Shown: positions 1 to 15,031, numbered from the stretch's first letter. The stretch is DNA of 64,000 nt from Octopus vulgaris (GCA_951406725.2 OX597814.1:53382001-53446000), one strand, 5' to 3'. The notes: generated by a model from the letters alone, not told the origin. Numbers and translations are program-made.

Positions 1-37
<37 letters not shown>

Positions 38-272
38 ATCTATTTATTTATCTATCTATCTATCTATTTATCTAACTATCTGGCTAGCTAGCTAACTATC
101 TATCTATCTATTCATATACATTTGTATGTACTTATGCTTTATACATATGTATATGTGTATATATATGTATGTATGCATGCATGTATGTATATACATATAC
201 ATACATACATATATATATATATATTCTTGGAAATGGCTGCATGGCGTTTAATTAAATAATAGATAGTAAATA

Positions 273-343
<71 letters not shown>

Positions 344-807
344 GAGAGAGAGAGTGAGTGAGTACGGGGTACGGGACGTCACCAACGGTGCAAACAACAA
401 CAACATGAAATACGTAAACAACGAGAAAAAATGGAAAACAGGACAAGTAAACACAGAGAAAGGACCCTTCATCAGTTGCCGGCTGTCTATCTACTCCCCA
501 TTTCGAGCATTCAGCGACAATATGAGTTTTCAAAGACAGTTGCTCCTATAAATTCTAAAATAAAATTTAGCATTTATGGAGGGTTCAAAAACATGACAGT
601 TAAAACATACAAGGAAACTGAACGAAAACAAACATGGAGAGACGTTAGACCAGAACGAGAGGAAAATAGTAAAGCCAATAAGTTTCTATCAACGAGGCAC
701 AAATGATCTTGTTCATCGATGGCAGAGGTGCATAGATGTTCACGGCTAATACTTTGACTAATCAAAACATTTCTATTGTTAATTTTTCCAGAATAAAATT
801 ATGTTTC

Positions 808-972
808 TGTTGTGTGGACGCCCCCAGATGATGAAGACCAAAATGTAGATATAGAGGGAGAAGTCTAGACGTCGTCAGAGAACAGTTGAGTAGCGGTCAG
901 AGTTGAGTGGAGTCGAGTAGACTATAGTCGAAAGCAGAGTTGAGAGAAGGCATCCGAACGTGCGACATAACA
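808..972. mobile_element. Putative short solo LTR
   Basis: Starts TGTTGTGT and ends ACATAACA (TG...CA, imperfect terminal inverted repeat); flanks GTTTC/ATTTC resemble a 5-bp TSD with one mismatch; GC-richer than surroundings. Confidence 0.45.
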
Positions 973-1059
973 ATTTCTGAAATTGGCCATCATTTTTAGG
1001 ACAACCTAATAGAAAAACATAAAACTGGAGAAGCACACTCTAAGATGTAGAGCAGTTAA

Positions 1060-1309
1060 TATTATAATGGGAGAGGCCGGTTTATGGGATTACCCTGGGT
1101 CTCCCGTCCACAAGGGGCTTAGCCTTACGGCGTATCGCCAAACCCCAAACCTGTTGGCTTAAGACCTCTTCAAAATATGAAGAGGTAAATAACATTTCCC
1201 CTTGTATATATTGAAGATGTCTTAGGCCAACAGGTTAGAGGTCTGAGACGATACCCCAAGCCCCTTGTGGACGGGAAACCCAGGGTAACCCCATAAACCG
1301 GACTGCCTC

Positions 1310-1318
<9 letters not shown>
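1060..1318. mobile_element. Palindromic hairpin MITE
   Basis: Whole element is an imperfect inverted repeat, e.g. CCGGTTTATGGGATTACCCTGGGTCTCCCGTCCACAAGGGGCTT vs AAGCCCCTTGTGGACGGGAAACCCAGGGTAACCCCATAAACCGG; TA-rich ends. Confidence 0.75.
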
Positions 1319-1389
<71 letters not shown>

Positions 1390-1444
1390 ATATACATGTA
1401 TATATATATGTATGTATATATATATGTGTGTGTGTATATATATA

Positions 1445-1478
<34 letters not shown>

Positions 1479-1490
1479 GGTATATATATA

Positions 1491-2053
1491 TTGGGTTGGC
1501 AACTAAGTTCCCGCCGTTTTTTTAAATTTTGGAATCTATTTTGTTTTTTCTAGTTAATTTTTTCAAGTTAATTGTTTATTTTCAGATCATTAAATTGGAA
1601 TGTCGAGTTAAGAAATACGAGCATTTTTGACATCTCCTTTTTGATTTTAATCAAGGTTCTAAGGCCACAAAAGCTGCTCGCGACATTTGTGCTGTGTATG
1701 GAGAAGGTGCCATAGCTGAAAGAACCGCTTGTGATCGGTAAACCAAGTTCAAAAATGGAAATTTTGACCTCAAAGACGCACCTAGTTCTGGCCGTCCATT
1801 TGAGTTCGATGAAGAGTGATTAAACCAACTTTTACACGAAAATTCTCGTCAAACGACAAGAGAACTGGCAGAGGAAATGGAATGCTCCCATACTGCTATA
1901 GAGAAGCATTTTCACTCGATAGGAAAGGTTCAGAAGTATGGGGCATGGGTTCTGCATGCTTTAAGTGACAACAAATATCAACGCGCCACAATCTCCGCTA
2001 GTTTGCTTGCTCGTCATTTTAGCAAAACGGCGGGAACTTAGTTGCCAACCCAA
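1491..2053 (+). mobile_element. Internally deleted mariner element (mellifera-like)
   Basis: Perfect 30-bp TIRs TTGGGTTGGCAACTAAGTTCCCGCCGTTTT (1491-1520, 2024-2053) flanked by TA; decayed transposase N-terminus (AARDICAVYGEGAIAERT, KFKNGNFDLKDAPSSGRP, GAWVLHAL) with stops; no DDD domain. Confidence 0.92.
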
Positions 2054-2089
<36 letters not shown>

Positions 2090-2130
2090 TGTATGTATGT
2101 ATGTATGTATGTACGTATGTATGTATGTGT

Positions 2131-2200
<70 letters not shown>

Positions 2201-2746
2201 CATATGCATGTATATGCACATACAAATTTACACATTACTCTGTTTTAACGACTATAGCTGCTGGCATAGTTTCCAAGGATAATGGCTGAAATGTCAATTC
2301 AACATAAAGCTAGCAAAAACAGATTACTTTGCTGACTTATAAATGGTGTATGTCTCTTCATAGTCTGCTACATAGATTATAATAACTCTAAATCAAGAAA
2401 TTCCTTTCCGTAGATAAATATAATATAAGCACTGAATATCAGCAAACTACGGATTGTACAATGAAAGTCTATGCCATCAAGAATTATGAGAACTCCTTCT
2501 AGCTGAAGTGTATGTTTGGCTGCCTGCAAGTCGATTGACAGCGCAAAAATTTCAATGGAAATTATGTAAAACTAGACGAAGTTAAAAGCCAAAACTTCAA
2601 TTTTATTCTTATAACTTGAAAATCAGCCGTTAAAGAGGATGAAGATTAACAACGAAAGAGAAATAATTGATGAAATATATCTGGTTTTCTATAAGAAAAC
2701 GTTACTTCACCTGTACTAAAGAAGGGTTGAGTATCTTCTCTCGTCT

Positions 2747-3078
2747 CAGGGGTTGTTAACAATTTTTTTGTCTGTGGACTCTTTGATTACTATTTTATTC
2801 TGGTGGAGCCCCTTAACCATTCAATGTTTTAAAAATTAGTTTTATAGAAGTTTCTTAGAAAATTTCTATTTTGTTTTTCACACGTTAACTTGTGTAAGCT
2901 GTACTAAGTAAAACGTTAAAGAAAGAAACCTCGCTGTTTCTTCCAATATATACCAATACATTTATGTAAAGCAAATTTTTCTTCGGAGGCCCTTAAAATA
3001 CAAATGTGGATCACCAATTTACTATTTTGTTTCGTGGGCCCCAAACCATCTTATTTGGACCCTGGTTGAAAACCACTG
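2747..3078. mobile_element. hAT-like MITE
   Basis: Ends CAGGGGTTGTTAAC / GGTTGAAAACCACTG with subterminal GGACCC-type motifs, typical of Charlie-type hAT MITEs; 8-bp TSD not clean. Confidence 0.55.
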
Positions 3079-3088
3079 GTCTATCTTT

Positions 3089-3433
3089 TAGACTGCAGCC
3101 ACGCTGAAACGTACTTTGCAGAGTTTAGTTGTACAAATCGAACCCAGTTTCTTATATTGTTCTCTCGGTTTCTTTTGCCGGACCGCTAGATAACGGTGAT
3201 GTAAATAAACCAACATAGGTACCCAAGGGGTGGTAGGGAGAAACAAAAATAGAAAGACATACATACAAACACATATATGACGGAATTCCATATAGTTTCC
3301 GTCTACCAAATTTATTTACAAGGTCGACCAAGGGTTATAGTAGTAGAAGATTCTTGCCCAAGATGTTGTGCAGTAAGACTGTACACAAAACCAAGTGGTT
3401 ACAAGGCGAGCAACGTAACTGCACAACTATACC
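3089..3433 (-). mobile_element. SINE family A, degenerate copy
   Basis: Diverged match to the family A copy at 52916-53380 (TTTCCGTCTACCAAAT, TATAGTAGTAGAAGA, CTTGCCCAAG). Confidence 0.7.
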
Positions 3434-4283
3434 TGTACCAATTTCGAAAAGTAATGCAACTATTTGTTAGTAACGTACAAAATTACAAACTATGATTATT
3501 AAGACATGCCTAACTCTTAAGACCGAATGCTGTTATGTTTATACTTCGAACAAAACAAAAAGAGTACCCCGCCCCAACACACACACACACACAGAAAGTG
3601 AAAGGAGGGGAAAGCAATTAAATCTAGAGGTTTACTGAGTTGAATCCCAGGATCTCAAGTTAAAGGGAAAATCTTGAAGCATTTGTCGTATTTTATTGGA
3701 TATTAATTAAAATGATTATTTTTATCTACCCAAGTTTCACTCATTTGCTCGAAAGACAATCACAACTAAATTTGATGTTATAATGCATATAACCCAGGCC
3801 CGTTAAATATTCGTAAGAATGTATTTTTGCTTTTTATACTTTTAACAAGAGTCAATAAAATAAATATGCGGGGTTGAATAAATTATATAATATACACATT
3901 TTTCTTTCAAATAAAGCAACAATGGCAGAAAACATACAGATGAAAACAACTTGGAAATATTCAGACTTCTGATAGAAACTAACAATAGAAACTAACAATG
4001 CCATTTCTCTGTCAAGAGATAATTCTTAATCGCCAAAATGAAGTAATTAGGTGTTTGTCTGAATATGATGGCGTTCTGCCGTTAGATACACTTATATTCT
4101 ATAGCATTGATAACTTAATCGGGTAATTAATCGTCACCTTTGCAAACGATGCTTTTGGTAATAATATTCATAAAAAATTCCCATGTTGTTTTGAAATAAT
4201 TGCTAGTTGTGTTACATTATCAACTAAATCCTTTGTCAGTTCTCTTAATTATAAACCATTTTGAATTCCACCCTCTTGTGTAT

Positions 4284-4337
<54 letters not shown>

Positions 4338-4389
4338 ATAAATATATATTATACACACAAATATAAACACATATAAATGTATACATATG

Positions 4390-4443
<54 letters not shown>

Positions 4444-4658
4444 ATATACATATATATAAATTTATATAAATAAGGATAAGATCGATATTTAAATACCGAT
4501 CTTATCAGCTGGCAAGCATGGGAATAAAAACCTTCAAACGCAATAATTATTATTAAAATTATAATTTAGGGTATCTAAGAGATACTACCACGCTGGTAAT
4601 AGCAGCCAAAACTTAACTGTATGTATATGTATAAAATTATAATTTTATACATATATCA

Positions 4659-4694
<36 letters not shown>

Positions 4695-4734
4695 TGTATG
4701 TATGTATGTATGTATGTATGTATATATGCATATG

Positions 4735-4803
<69 letters not shown>

Positions 4804-4987
4804 AAAATACTATATATAAATATATATATATATATTTCGATGAAGTGATTATCCCTAAGTGGTGAGTTGTAATGCAAAAATATATAATAAAAGGAGGAAA
4901 ATGCACAAAGTTTACATAGTTTAATATATTTTGAAAGGTAGAGTATTGTGATAGTCGACCGGTTTCCCGTTTCGCTAATCATATGTG

Positions 4988-5029
<42 letters not shown>

Positions 5030-5230
5030 CGTGCGTGTGTGTGTATGTCAGTGTGTGTGTAGGTAAGTACGATCCAGGAATCCAAGTGTAGGACGTTAGT
5101 AAGCTTCGAGCACGTATGCAACTAGTGCAGATGACAAAAGATGGACGACATACGATAAAACGATTCTATTATCGCACGTTGTCTCATATTGAAATCAAAT
5201 GAAATTTCGATAAGCTGACTGTCACTGTAC

Positions 5231-5673
5231 ACTCTTTTACTCTTTTACTTGTTTCAGTCATTTGACTGCGGCCATGCTGGAGCACCGCACTTAGTCGAGC
5301 AAATCGACTCCAGGACTTACTCTTTGTAAGCCTAGTACTTATTCTATCAGCCTCTTTACCGAACCGCTAAGTTACGGGGACGTAAGTTACGTGGACGTAA
5401 GTTACGTGGACGTGAACATACCAGCATCGGTTGTCAAACGATGGGGGGGGGGGACAAACACAGACATACAAACAGACACACACATATATATATATACATA
5501 TACATATATACAACGGGCTTCTTTCAGTTTCAGTCTACCAAATCCGCTCACAAGACTTTGGTCGGCTCGAGGCTATAGTAGAAGACACTTGCCTATGGTG
5601 CCAGGCAGTGGTACTGAACCTGGAACCATGTGGTTGGCAAGCAAGCTACTTGCCACACAGCCACTCCTGCGCC
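5231..5673 (-). mobile_element. SINE family A, full length
   Basis: Head GGCGCAGGAGTGGCTGTGTGG with B-box-like GGTTCAGT, internal microsatellite, tail CAGCATGGCCGCAGTCAAATGACTGAAACAAGTAAAAGAG; small internal tandem duplication of ACGTAAGTTACGTGG. Confidence 0.9.
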
Positions 5674-5832
5674 TGTAATTCACGGTTTTGTAACTAAGGT
5701 TGCTAAAAATGCAAATAAAGATCCGAGAATGTAAGGAATGGAATGAGTAAAGCGCGAAGTTATGTAATAAAAATTGTTTTAGCTATGGAACGATCGTAGT
5801 CCGTGCTTTACCGCTTCCATTCCTAATATTCT

Positions 5833-5903
<71 letters not shown>

Positions 5904-5932
5904 ATGTATGTATCTATCTGTGTGTACATATA

Positions 5933-5968
<36 letters not shown>

Positions 5969-6117
5969 TTTCAAATTTTGGTACGTGACCAGCAATTTAA
6001 GAGGAGGGTTAAGTCGATTACATTGACCCCAATTTTCAACTCGTCCTTATTTTATCGACCCTAAAAGATGAAAGGCAAAGTGGACCTCAGCAGAATTTGA
6101 ACTCAACGGTAAGTCAG

Positions 6118-6182
<65 letters not shown>

Positions 6183-6823
6183 CGTGTGTCTGTGTGACTG
6201 GGATTTCAAATTTCGTCAGAGGGCTTATCTCACAGCCGTTTGCAGAGATTTGCTAGACAAAACTTAATTTTACAAATATTTCTCCATTTTATAATAATTC
6301 TGATTGTCATTGCGTTACTTAGTCCGTCGGTAACGCTTTAGCGGGCTTAGAGAAAAAGAAGCGAAAAGAAAAAAAGGGAAAGAGAAGCGTCCATTACGGG
6401 AGGTAGAGGGAACGTAATTGTAAAGCTTTCACGCGATTAGTTGAAGGGAGAAAGAGTGAGAGAGAGAAAAATGAAAGGGGGAAAATTGGATAGAGTAAAG
6501 AGTGAAGCAGAAAGAGAGAGAGAGAAATAGAGGGAGAGGACATGTGGTTGGGTGAACGTAATATTTATTACGTGGTTAAAAAGCTAGTTAAAGGTAGTGA
6601 TATAGAGGAGAGTTAGGAATGTAATTTTAGCAGACAGGTGGTGTTTTGATGCAGAAATTAAAGAAATGTAGAGAGAAAGAGACAGACTGACAGACAAACA
6701 GACAGAGAGAAAGGGGGAAAGGATGATGGTAGTGATGGTGATGGGGAGTGCATTGTGAAAAGTTATACCTTTTAAATTGAATCTAAGTTTTTTATGTCAA
6801 CTATCAATTAACGTATGAGCATC

Positions 6824-7081
6824 CCAAACTTACCATTCACTTTAGAAAGAAACTAGTTTCCCGTTCGCCTGCCATATACAATGACTATCAATAAATCAAA
6901 AGAGCAGACATTTGATAAAGTGGGGCTGTTCTTGTCTGAACTTGTATTCGACCATGGTGTATTCTCAAGGGCTCGCAAATAATCTGATGTGAGAGTTGAA
7001 GTTATCAACACTGACAAACAAGGGGAAAGAAGAGGGAGAACTTATACGAAGAACATAGTCTGAAAAGAAGTATTGGATTGA
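6824..7081 (+). pseudogene. Helitron RepHel PIF1-type helicase C-terminal remnant
   Basis: Hand translation PNLPFTLERN*FPVRLPYTMTINKSKEQTFDKVGLFLSELVFDHGVFSRARK*...TYTKNIV*KEVLD* matches the Helitron helicase end (FPVRLAYAMTINKSQGQT...FSHGQLYVALSR...NIVYKEVL). Confidence 0.88.
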
Positions 7082-7149
7082 AAGGTGTACGCAAATTGAA
7101 ATGCGTATTGGTTCTGGCCCATCGCCTTAAGATTATAAGTTACTAAAAT

Positions 7150-7772
<623 letters not shown>

Positions 7773-8019
7773 GTTGTTATTATTGTTATTACTATTACTA
7801 TCATTATTTACTTTTAATCTGCATGTTTTTAACAATCAATCGCTGAGACACACCTAAAGCGAGTGATAGATAAGAGATGTTATAGTATGACCGAAAGCTT
7901 TGGGGAGGGGAAGTGGCATGGGCAGTAGCGAAACATCTTCAAGTAATGCAACACATGCATTTCAGTTGATAGGGTTTTTCTCAGGATGTGGGTGGGGATG
8001 AAGACATCTGTAATTACGC

Positions 8020-8125
<106 letters not shown>

Positions 8126-8215
8126 GGGGGAATTCACGAAAAGAACAAAAGACGAAGACAGGTGGTGTACAAAACAAACAGATGTATTAGTATAACGCTC
8201 AGGAATTGAAAAAGT

Positions 8216-8251
8216 CTTTTACGTTTCGAGCCTACGCTCTTCTACAGAAAG
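8216..8251 (-). ncRNA. Minimal type I hammerhead ribozyme-like motif (core variant CUGUAGA)
   Basis: Minus strand: cttt CTGTAGA A gagc-gtag-gctc GAAA CG TA aaag; stem I 4 bp, stem II 4 bp, palindromic minimal stem III (ACGT). Confidence 0.65.
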
Positions 8252-9214
8252 GGATACAGAAAAAATAAACAAGGAGAGAAACAAGGAGAGAAAAAAATGT
8301 GTAGTGGCTACCGATCTGTCATGTGCGCGTATGTTTGCTAGTGTCTGTTTTTCCTTTAGTTTTTGTTGACTTATACACATCAACAAATGAGCCAATGCGG
8401 AACTCTCAGTGTGGTTGTTCAAATTGCTCGAAATAACAGCCAAATCTCCCTCACACTATGATCTTGTTAGTATTAAGGAAAGGAGAAATGTTTACTCCTC
8501 TCCATCAATACGATTAAAATTAATATTTTTGATTTTGTTCGGCTCTATGAATTGAATTTTATTTTCAATAGTTTTGTCCATTGCTTGACACAAGAAATTG
8601 GAAAATCCTGACCAAAACAGAGAAATTCTAACTTAAAAAATTATAGAAAGAGAAGGAAAAGGTTCTATTTTCCAAAAGCCAAAAGGTGTGTTTTCAGCTG
8701 AGGTGTAATTTTATAATTAAAACAAATTCAAAATTAAAAGTTCAGAACTTAAGACTTACCACGTTATCTTGTGTATGTTCACAGTTCAAATGGGTACAAA
8801 ACCTAAAACAAATGTATGTGCGTGTATGTGGTTGGGTCTTTAATAGTCATAGATCAGTTTAAGTTCAATCGCAGAAAGGAATTCATAACGGCAACACACG
8901 CAATTATATACATACAAACATACCCATACGCACATACATATACACTGATACATACCTATCAGCCACTCCCAAAAGCCAGCTTGTTCGTTCCAAAATTTTG
9001 ACCACCGTTCTTTATATATTTGCATACAAACACACACATACACACTCATTCAGCGTTTCGCTTTTATTCAATACTTTTTTCTTTTAGTCGTCTGTCACTA
9101 TTCATCTGTTTTTAATTTTTGTTATTATTTTGGGGGTTTCACTTTAGCGACAGCAATTACACATATCAGCACTGAAGGTATACACCGTATCAACGAGGGA
9201 ACTGACTTCATCTT

Positions 9215-9457
9215 TAAAGCTTCATCTTTACCATAAAGTTTGAGGTCATCCATGAAGAACAATGGTTGACTTTTTGTTGGCGGCTTTTGAATACGTATGC
9301 AGCATTTGCTTTCTTCAGAATCAGTGTCAGTGGTATCAAGCACAGTACAAAGATCAGTGGGGACACGCTGTCCCCTTGGAAGATGCCCCTCCTAATTTCT
9401 ACTGTCCGTAAACTTCTTCCGTATGCTGTCAGGTCCGTCTTCCAATTCGCCATACTT
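9215..9457 (-). mobile_element. R4/Dong-type reverse transcriptase fragment
   Basis: VEIRRGIFQGDSVSPLIFVLCLIPL and, after a frameshift, LFFMDDLKLYGKDE; abuts (GAT)n/(AAT)n. Confidence 0.88.
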
Positions 9458-9550
<93 letters not shown>

Positions 9551-10097
9551 GAGTGAGAGAGCAGTGCATACCACCAAAGTGACACTGGGGTAAAATATAC
9601 GAAGCTCAGTAAACCCATTATGACAACTCGTCTGATGAGGGTACACCAGGCACATAACCATATGTGCGCGACATGGTGATCTCATATCAAGATAAGCAGC
9701 CCATGATCTTGCAGGTGGGGCTCAGTTAGAATTTTCTTCTGGTCGAGTAGCCCATCCCGCCCAAAAGGTCCCTGAATAAGGGTTGTTTAAGGATGTTGAA
9801 CGCAACACCCATGTTTCCAGAGGTGACGTATTCAAACCCCAAAGAATTCCTCTCAACACACAGCTTTGATGCTCCCCCACTACTTCTGTTTGTGATCAGA
9901 GATGCACATATCGTCAGCCACTAAAGGACATGCTCAACTGGTTAAGGTCAAACAACTGACAAGCAAATCTGTGGTATTGAGCAGGATATTTGCTGTAGCC
10001 CATCTTTTATACCAAGACAAAACAATGCACATGATAACACTTCCAATTAGTTAAGATCAGAAGGCATGAGAACTACCGTCTGGTACTGCATCAGGGC

Positions 10098-10099
<2 letters not shown>
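9551..10099 (-). mobile_element. ~550-bp non-coding element in (AAT)n, copy 1
   Basis: Highly similar end to end to 35545-36100 and 33264-34044; both flanks are (TTA)n on the plus strand. Strand is inferred from the truncation pattern. Confidence 0.85.
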
Positions 10100-10138
<39 letters not shown>

Positions 10139-10389
10139 GCACAATTAATGTTTGTAAATTAAAATTCTTGGAAGGCGATGCCTCTGATATATGACAATCA
10201 AATTGTATGACTAAAGTTTGTTTATTAAATTATTATTTATTACAAATCAAAACAGTTCACATATCAAAACAGAATAAATTTCCTTTTGAAATTTTAATTT
10301 TTCAGTTGTTGATTTAATTTATACGGTAACAATAATGATAATGAAATTGATAACTACAATTTCTAGAGTAATGACAACATCAGTAACAA

Positions 10390-10433
<44 letters not shown>

Positions 10434-10547
10434 ATGATAATGATTTCAAATTCTGGCACAAGGCCAGCAATCTTGGGGTAGGGGTTACTCGATTACATCG
10501 ACTCCAATACTCACCTGGCACAGATTTATTTTTTGTCCCCGGAAGGA

Positions 10548-10830
10548 TGTCTTGGTATAAAAGATAGGCTACAGCAAGTATTCTGCTCAATACCACAGAT
10601 TTGCTTTCCTTTAGTGAGCATGCTCCTTAGTGGCTGATGATATGTGCACCTCTGATCACGAGCAGAAGTAGTTGGGGAGCGTCATATCCATGTGTTGAGA
10701 GGAATTCTTTGAGGTTCGGATAATTCACCTCTGGAAACGTGGGTGTTTTGTTCAACATCCTTAAACAACTCTTATTCAGGGACCTTTTTGAGCGGGATGG
10801 GCTACTCAATAATAATAATACTCTCTCACT
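10548..10830 (+). mobile_element. ~550-bp (AAT)n element, truncated and internally deleted copy in opposite orientation
   Basis: Reverse-complement match to the middle of copy 1; keeps the terminal CTCTCTCACTC followed by (AAT)n. Confidence 0.8.
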
Positions 10831-10849
10831 CAATAATAATAATAATAAT

Positions 10850-10904
<55 letters not shown>

Positions 10905-12004
10905 TGACTTACAATGATGCAATTGTCTCAGTGAAAATACGTGGCTTTCAAATCTCAAGAAGAAATTCAAAAGCCAAAACACGGAAGGAAAGCAATTTAA
11001 CATAAAAACCAAAACAACAGATTAATAACGGCAAAACGACAGAATTGACGAAAGGGGAAACATCTGTTAGTAAAAGAAACGGAAATAGCTGCCTCGAAGA
11101 AAGCTATGTCAATAAAAAAGAGTAGTTTTAAATACAACACGTGTTCGTAAAGAAAATTGCATTTCTCGAAAATGTAAATAGCTGAAATGACTTTTCACGA
11201 GATTGTTAGTGTCATTGTCCTTATAATTAAAGGTTCTGCTTTACTGCTCATTTTAATGTTAATTTTATCGCGTGCTTGTCTGTTCAACATTCATTTATGA
11301 CACTTTCTAAGCTACTGAGAAAGAAAAAAATGAAAAGAAAAGACAGCGGCTACTGACAGAGAATGCTGTTTCTATTGTAATGAGATATTAACTAAAGTTT
11401 TATAAACATTTTGTACCAGCATGATTACCCTACACTTTAGAAGTGAAAAATAAACGCGCAAACAATTCAGCAATGCTACTTAACCGAACGGATCCACATC
11501 ACAAGACAGAATCTCAGCATGTACCGCTAAGTCAAAAGCAAAATAACAATTACAAACTCGTTAGAAGTTTAAAAGGCTTGAATCGAATATTTACAGGTTA
11601 TAAAAGCTCTTTATTCTACCAAATTGTAAGTGGGGCTTGACATATCAAATCAGATGAAAAATCAATCCCAGCTTTTGGTTGGTATAAATTGATTAGTACA
11701 AATGATTAGTATAAATTAAGCGCACAACCAGATATTTTAAAGAGCAATCCAATAATTTCTGGACATGAAGGCATTAACATAGAAATGCGAAGATGAAATA
11801 ATACAACAAAACACACACTGCAAAGAATATAACACAAAAACGGAATAAAGCAATAATATAGTTGTAACACAGAGCATTCTACATCATAACAGAGGTGATG
11901 GCAGCAAACAAGGAGTAAATTACGACAACTATTGCTGCTGCTGCTACAAAAACTACTACACATACTACTACTACTACTACTACTACTATTAAAAATAAAG
12001 ACCA

Positions 12005-12965
<961 letters not shown>

Positions 12966-12979
12966 TGCAAAAATGAAAA

Positions 12980-13820
12980 TTTACGTAGAAAGCCTAAAAT
13001 TAAAGACCAGAATCATATAATCCTAAAAGGAAAAATTATTCAAGTAGTGAAGGCAAAAGCATAGAGAATCCAGAGATTTGAAATACGAATCGAACAACTG
13101 AAACAAACTAAAATGTGTCGAGAATACAAAACAAAACCTTTACAGAAACATTACGTAGAAATAATATGTAAAAGAAAATATCTTGACAAAAAATATAGAA
13201 AGTAGGAAAGCCACCTGAAGGAAAGATCTAATACGGAGACCTAAAGACAATTTAAATCATATGACACTGCTAGCCTAAGACGATATCAACACAGTGGAAA
13301 ATATAATGGAATCCTTGAGAGGAAAAGACAATTGGAAATTATCTGGATGGGAAATATAACAAACGTTAATGAATTTGTTTTACAAGATTCCTGATATGAA
13401 ATCATGTGTTGAAAAAGATATTGTTATATTTCAGGATGGACACTTTTTCTTACCAAATAAACACACGCACGATATATTCGTTCTTCACTCGTTTATTATT
13501 GTTCCTATTTTATTTTATGCTGAAAATCTTTCGCCACATCTTAAGAGCCGCTGGAGAGGTCACAGATGTGTGACGAAAGATTGCCAGACAATGGACGGGA
13601 AGTAAAATTAGAGCAATGATAATGGTGAAGAACGAATATATAGTACTTGCGTTTATTTGGCAAGAAAAACAAATGACAATCCCGAAATATAGCAACAAAA
13701 ATAACAAATTTTTGGATAAAACACATACATGTATTATATCAATATGACGAACCAATTTTATAAAGTATTGCGCCTATTACAAATACCAAAGTGGTTGAAT
13801 CAGAAAGCAACACTCAAGCA
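12980..13820 (+). mobile_element. Heavily decayed R4/Dong-like ORF fragment (pre-RT region)
   Basis: Short peptides TNFWIKHIHVL and QIPKWLNQKATL resemble the N-terminal part of RLE-clade RTs; many stops and frameshifts. Confidence 0.4.
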
Positions 13821-14790
13821 AAGATATAGATACAGAAGGTCGTAAAAACTACAGACTAATCACTAACTTTTAATTCTACAAGATTCAAGTTGAAAATAAA
13901 GCCTAGGGTTTCTGGCAGACTTTGTGGTAGAAGGAGAATGGCTTGTGCTTAATGGGACCACACCTATCACATTCGTTCTAACGATAACGGGGATGGAGCC
14001 ACTGAGTCACCATATCTGGGAATGTGTCTGCTGGTGATATAGAAACAGCAATAAGTCTGTTGTTGCTTCTACTGTAGTCCACTTACAGTCTTTTTGCTAT
14101 TTTCTTTTCTGAGCAGGAAGCATTAAAGTGCCACATTTACAACAACAATTTTACCAACTCCTGGAAGATTGATTTGTAATGTAGTTTTGTAACAGTCGCT
14201 TTATAGTCTCTTTTCATATAGATGTATTTTTCATATATATATATATTGGAGAATTAACTTTCTATAAATAACTCGACAACATATGACTTCAGTAATTGCA
14301 CGACAACACCAGATTGACAACTGTCTATTAATAATATCGGATTAATGACTATTTAGAAATATCGTTGAATTATCGAGTTTCAAATTATAACAGAAGATTA
14401 AAAACTATCCGATAAAACCACACGAGTAAACTATTATCTGTGGTCACTGAGCTGAAAATCACATTGGATACAGTTTAAAATACAGTTTAATAATACACAA
14501 GGTTCTATGTATATTCATGGTTTCGATTTCCAGATCTGGTGGTGTGTTGTATTTTGGAGTAAAACACTTAATTTCACGTTACTCCAGTTCACTCAGGTGT
14601 AAATGAGAATTCCTATGATGGACTGGTATCCCGTTCAACGAGGGTGTTGTGATTTCGGTCCTAGGACTCATTTTTATTTTCTAAGCATCTTAACGTGAGA
14701 TTCAGCAAATACTAATTACCCACGCTCATGAGATTGAATTGGTAATCGAAACACAGTGTAAGGTCTAGTGTATTCTTTTATTATTTTCTT

Positions 14791-15031
14791 TTACTCTTTT
14801 AGTTGTTTCAGTCATTTGACTGCGACCATGCTGGAGCACCGCCTTATAGGTTTTACTGGCCCAGGACGTATTCTTTGTAATCCTAGTATTTATTCTATCA
14901 GTCTCTTTTGCCGAACCACTAAGTTATGGAAACATAAACACACCAACATCGGTTGCCATACGATGGCAGGGGAAAACACAGAGACACACACGCGCATAAA
15001 TACATACAGCGACATACAGACAAACACACAG

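Noticed and set aside
9626-9680. CTGATGA in the 550-bp element as a hammerhead core
   Set aside because: Other copies read CTGATAA and no GAAA or stems follow.
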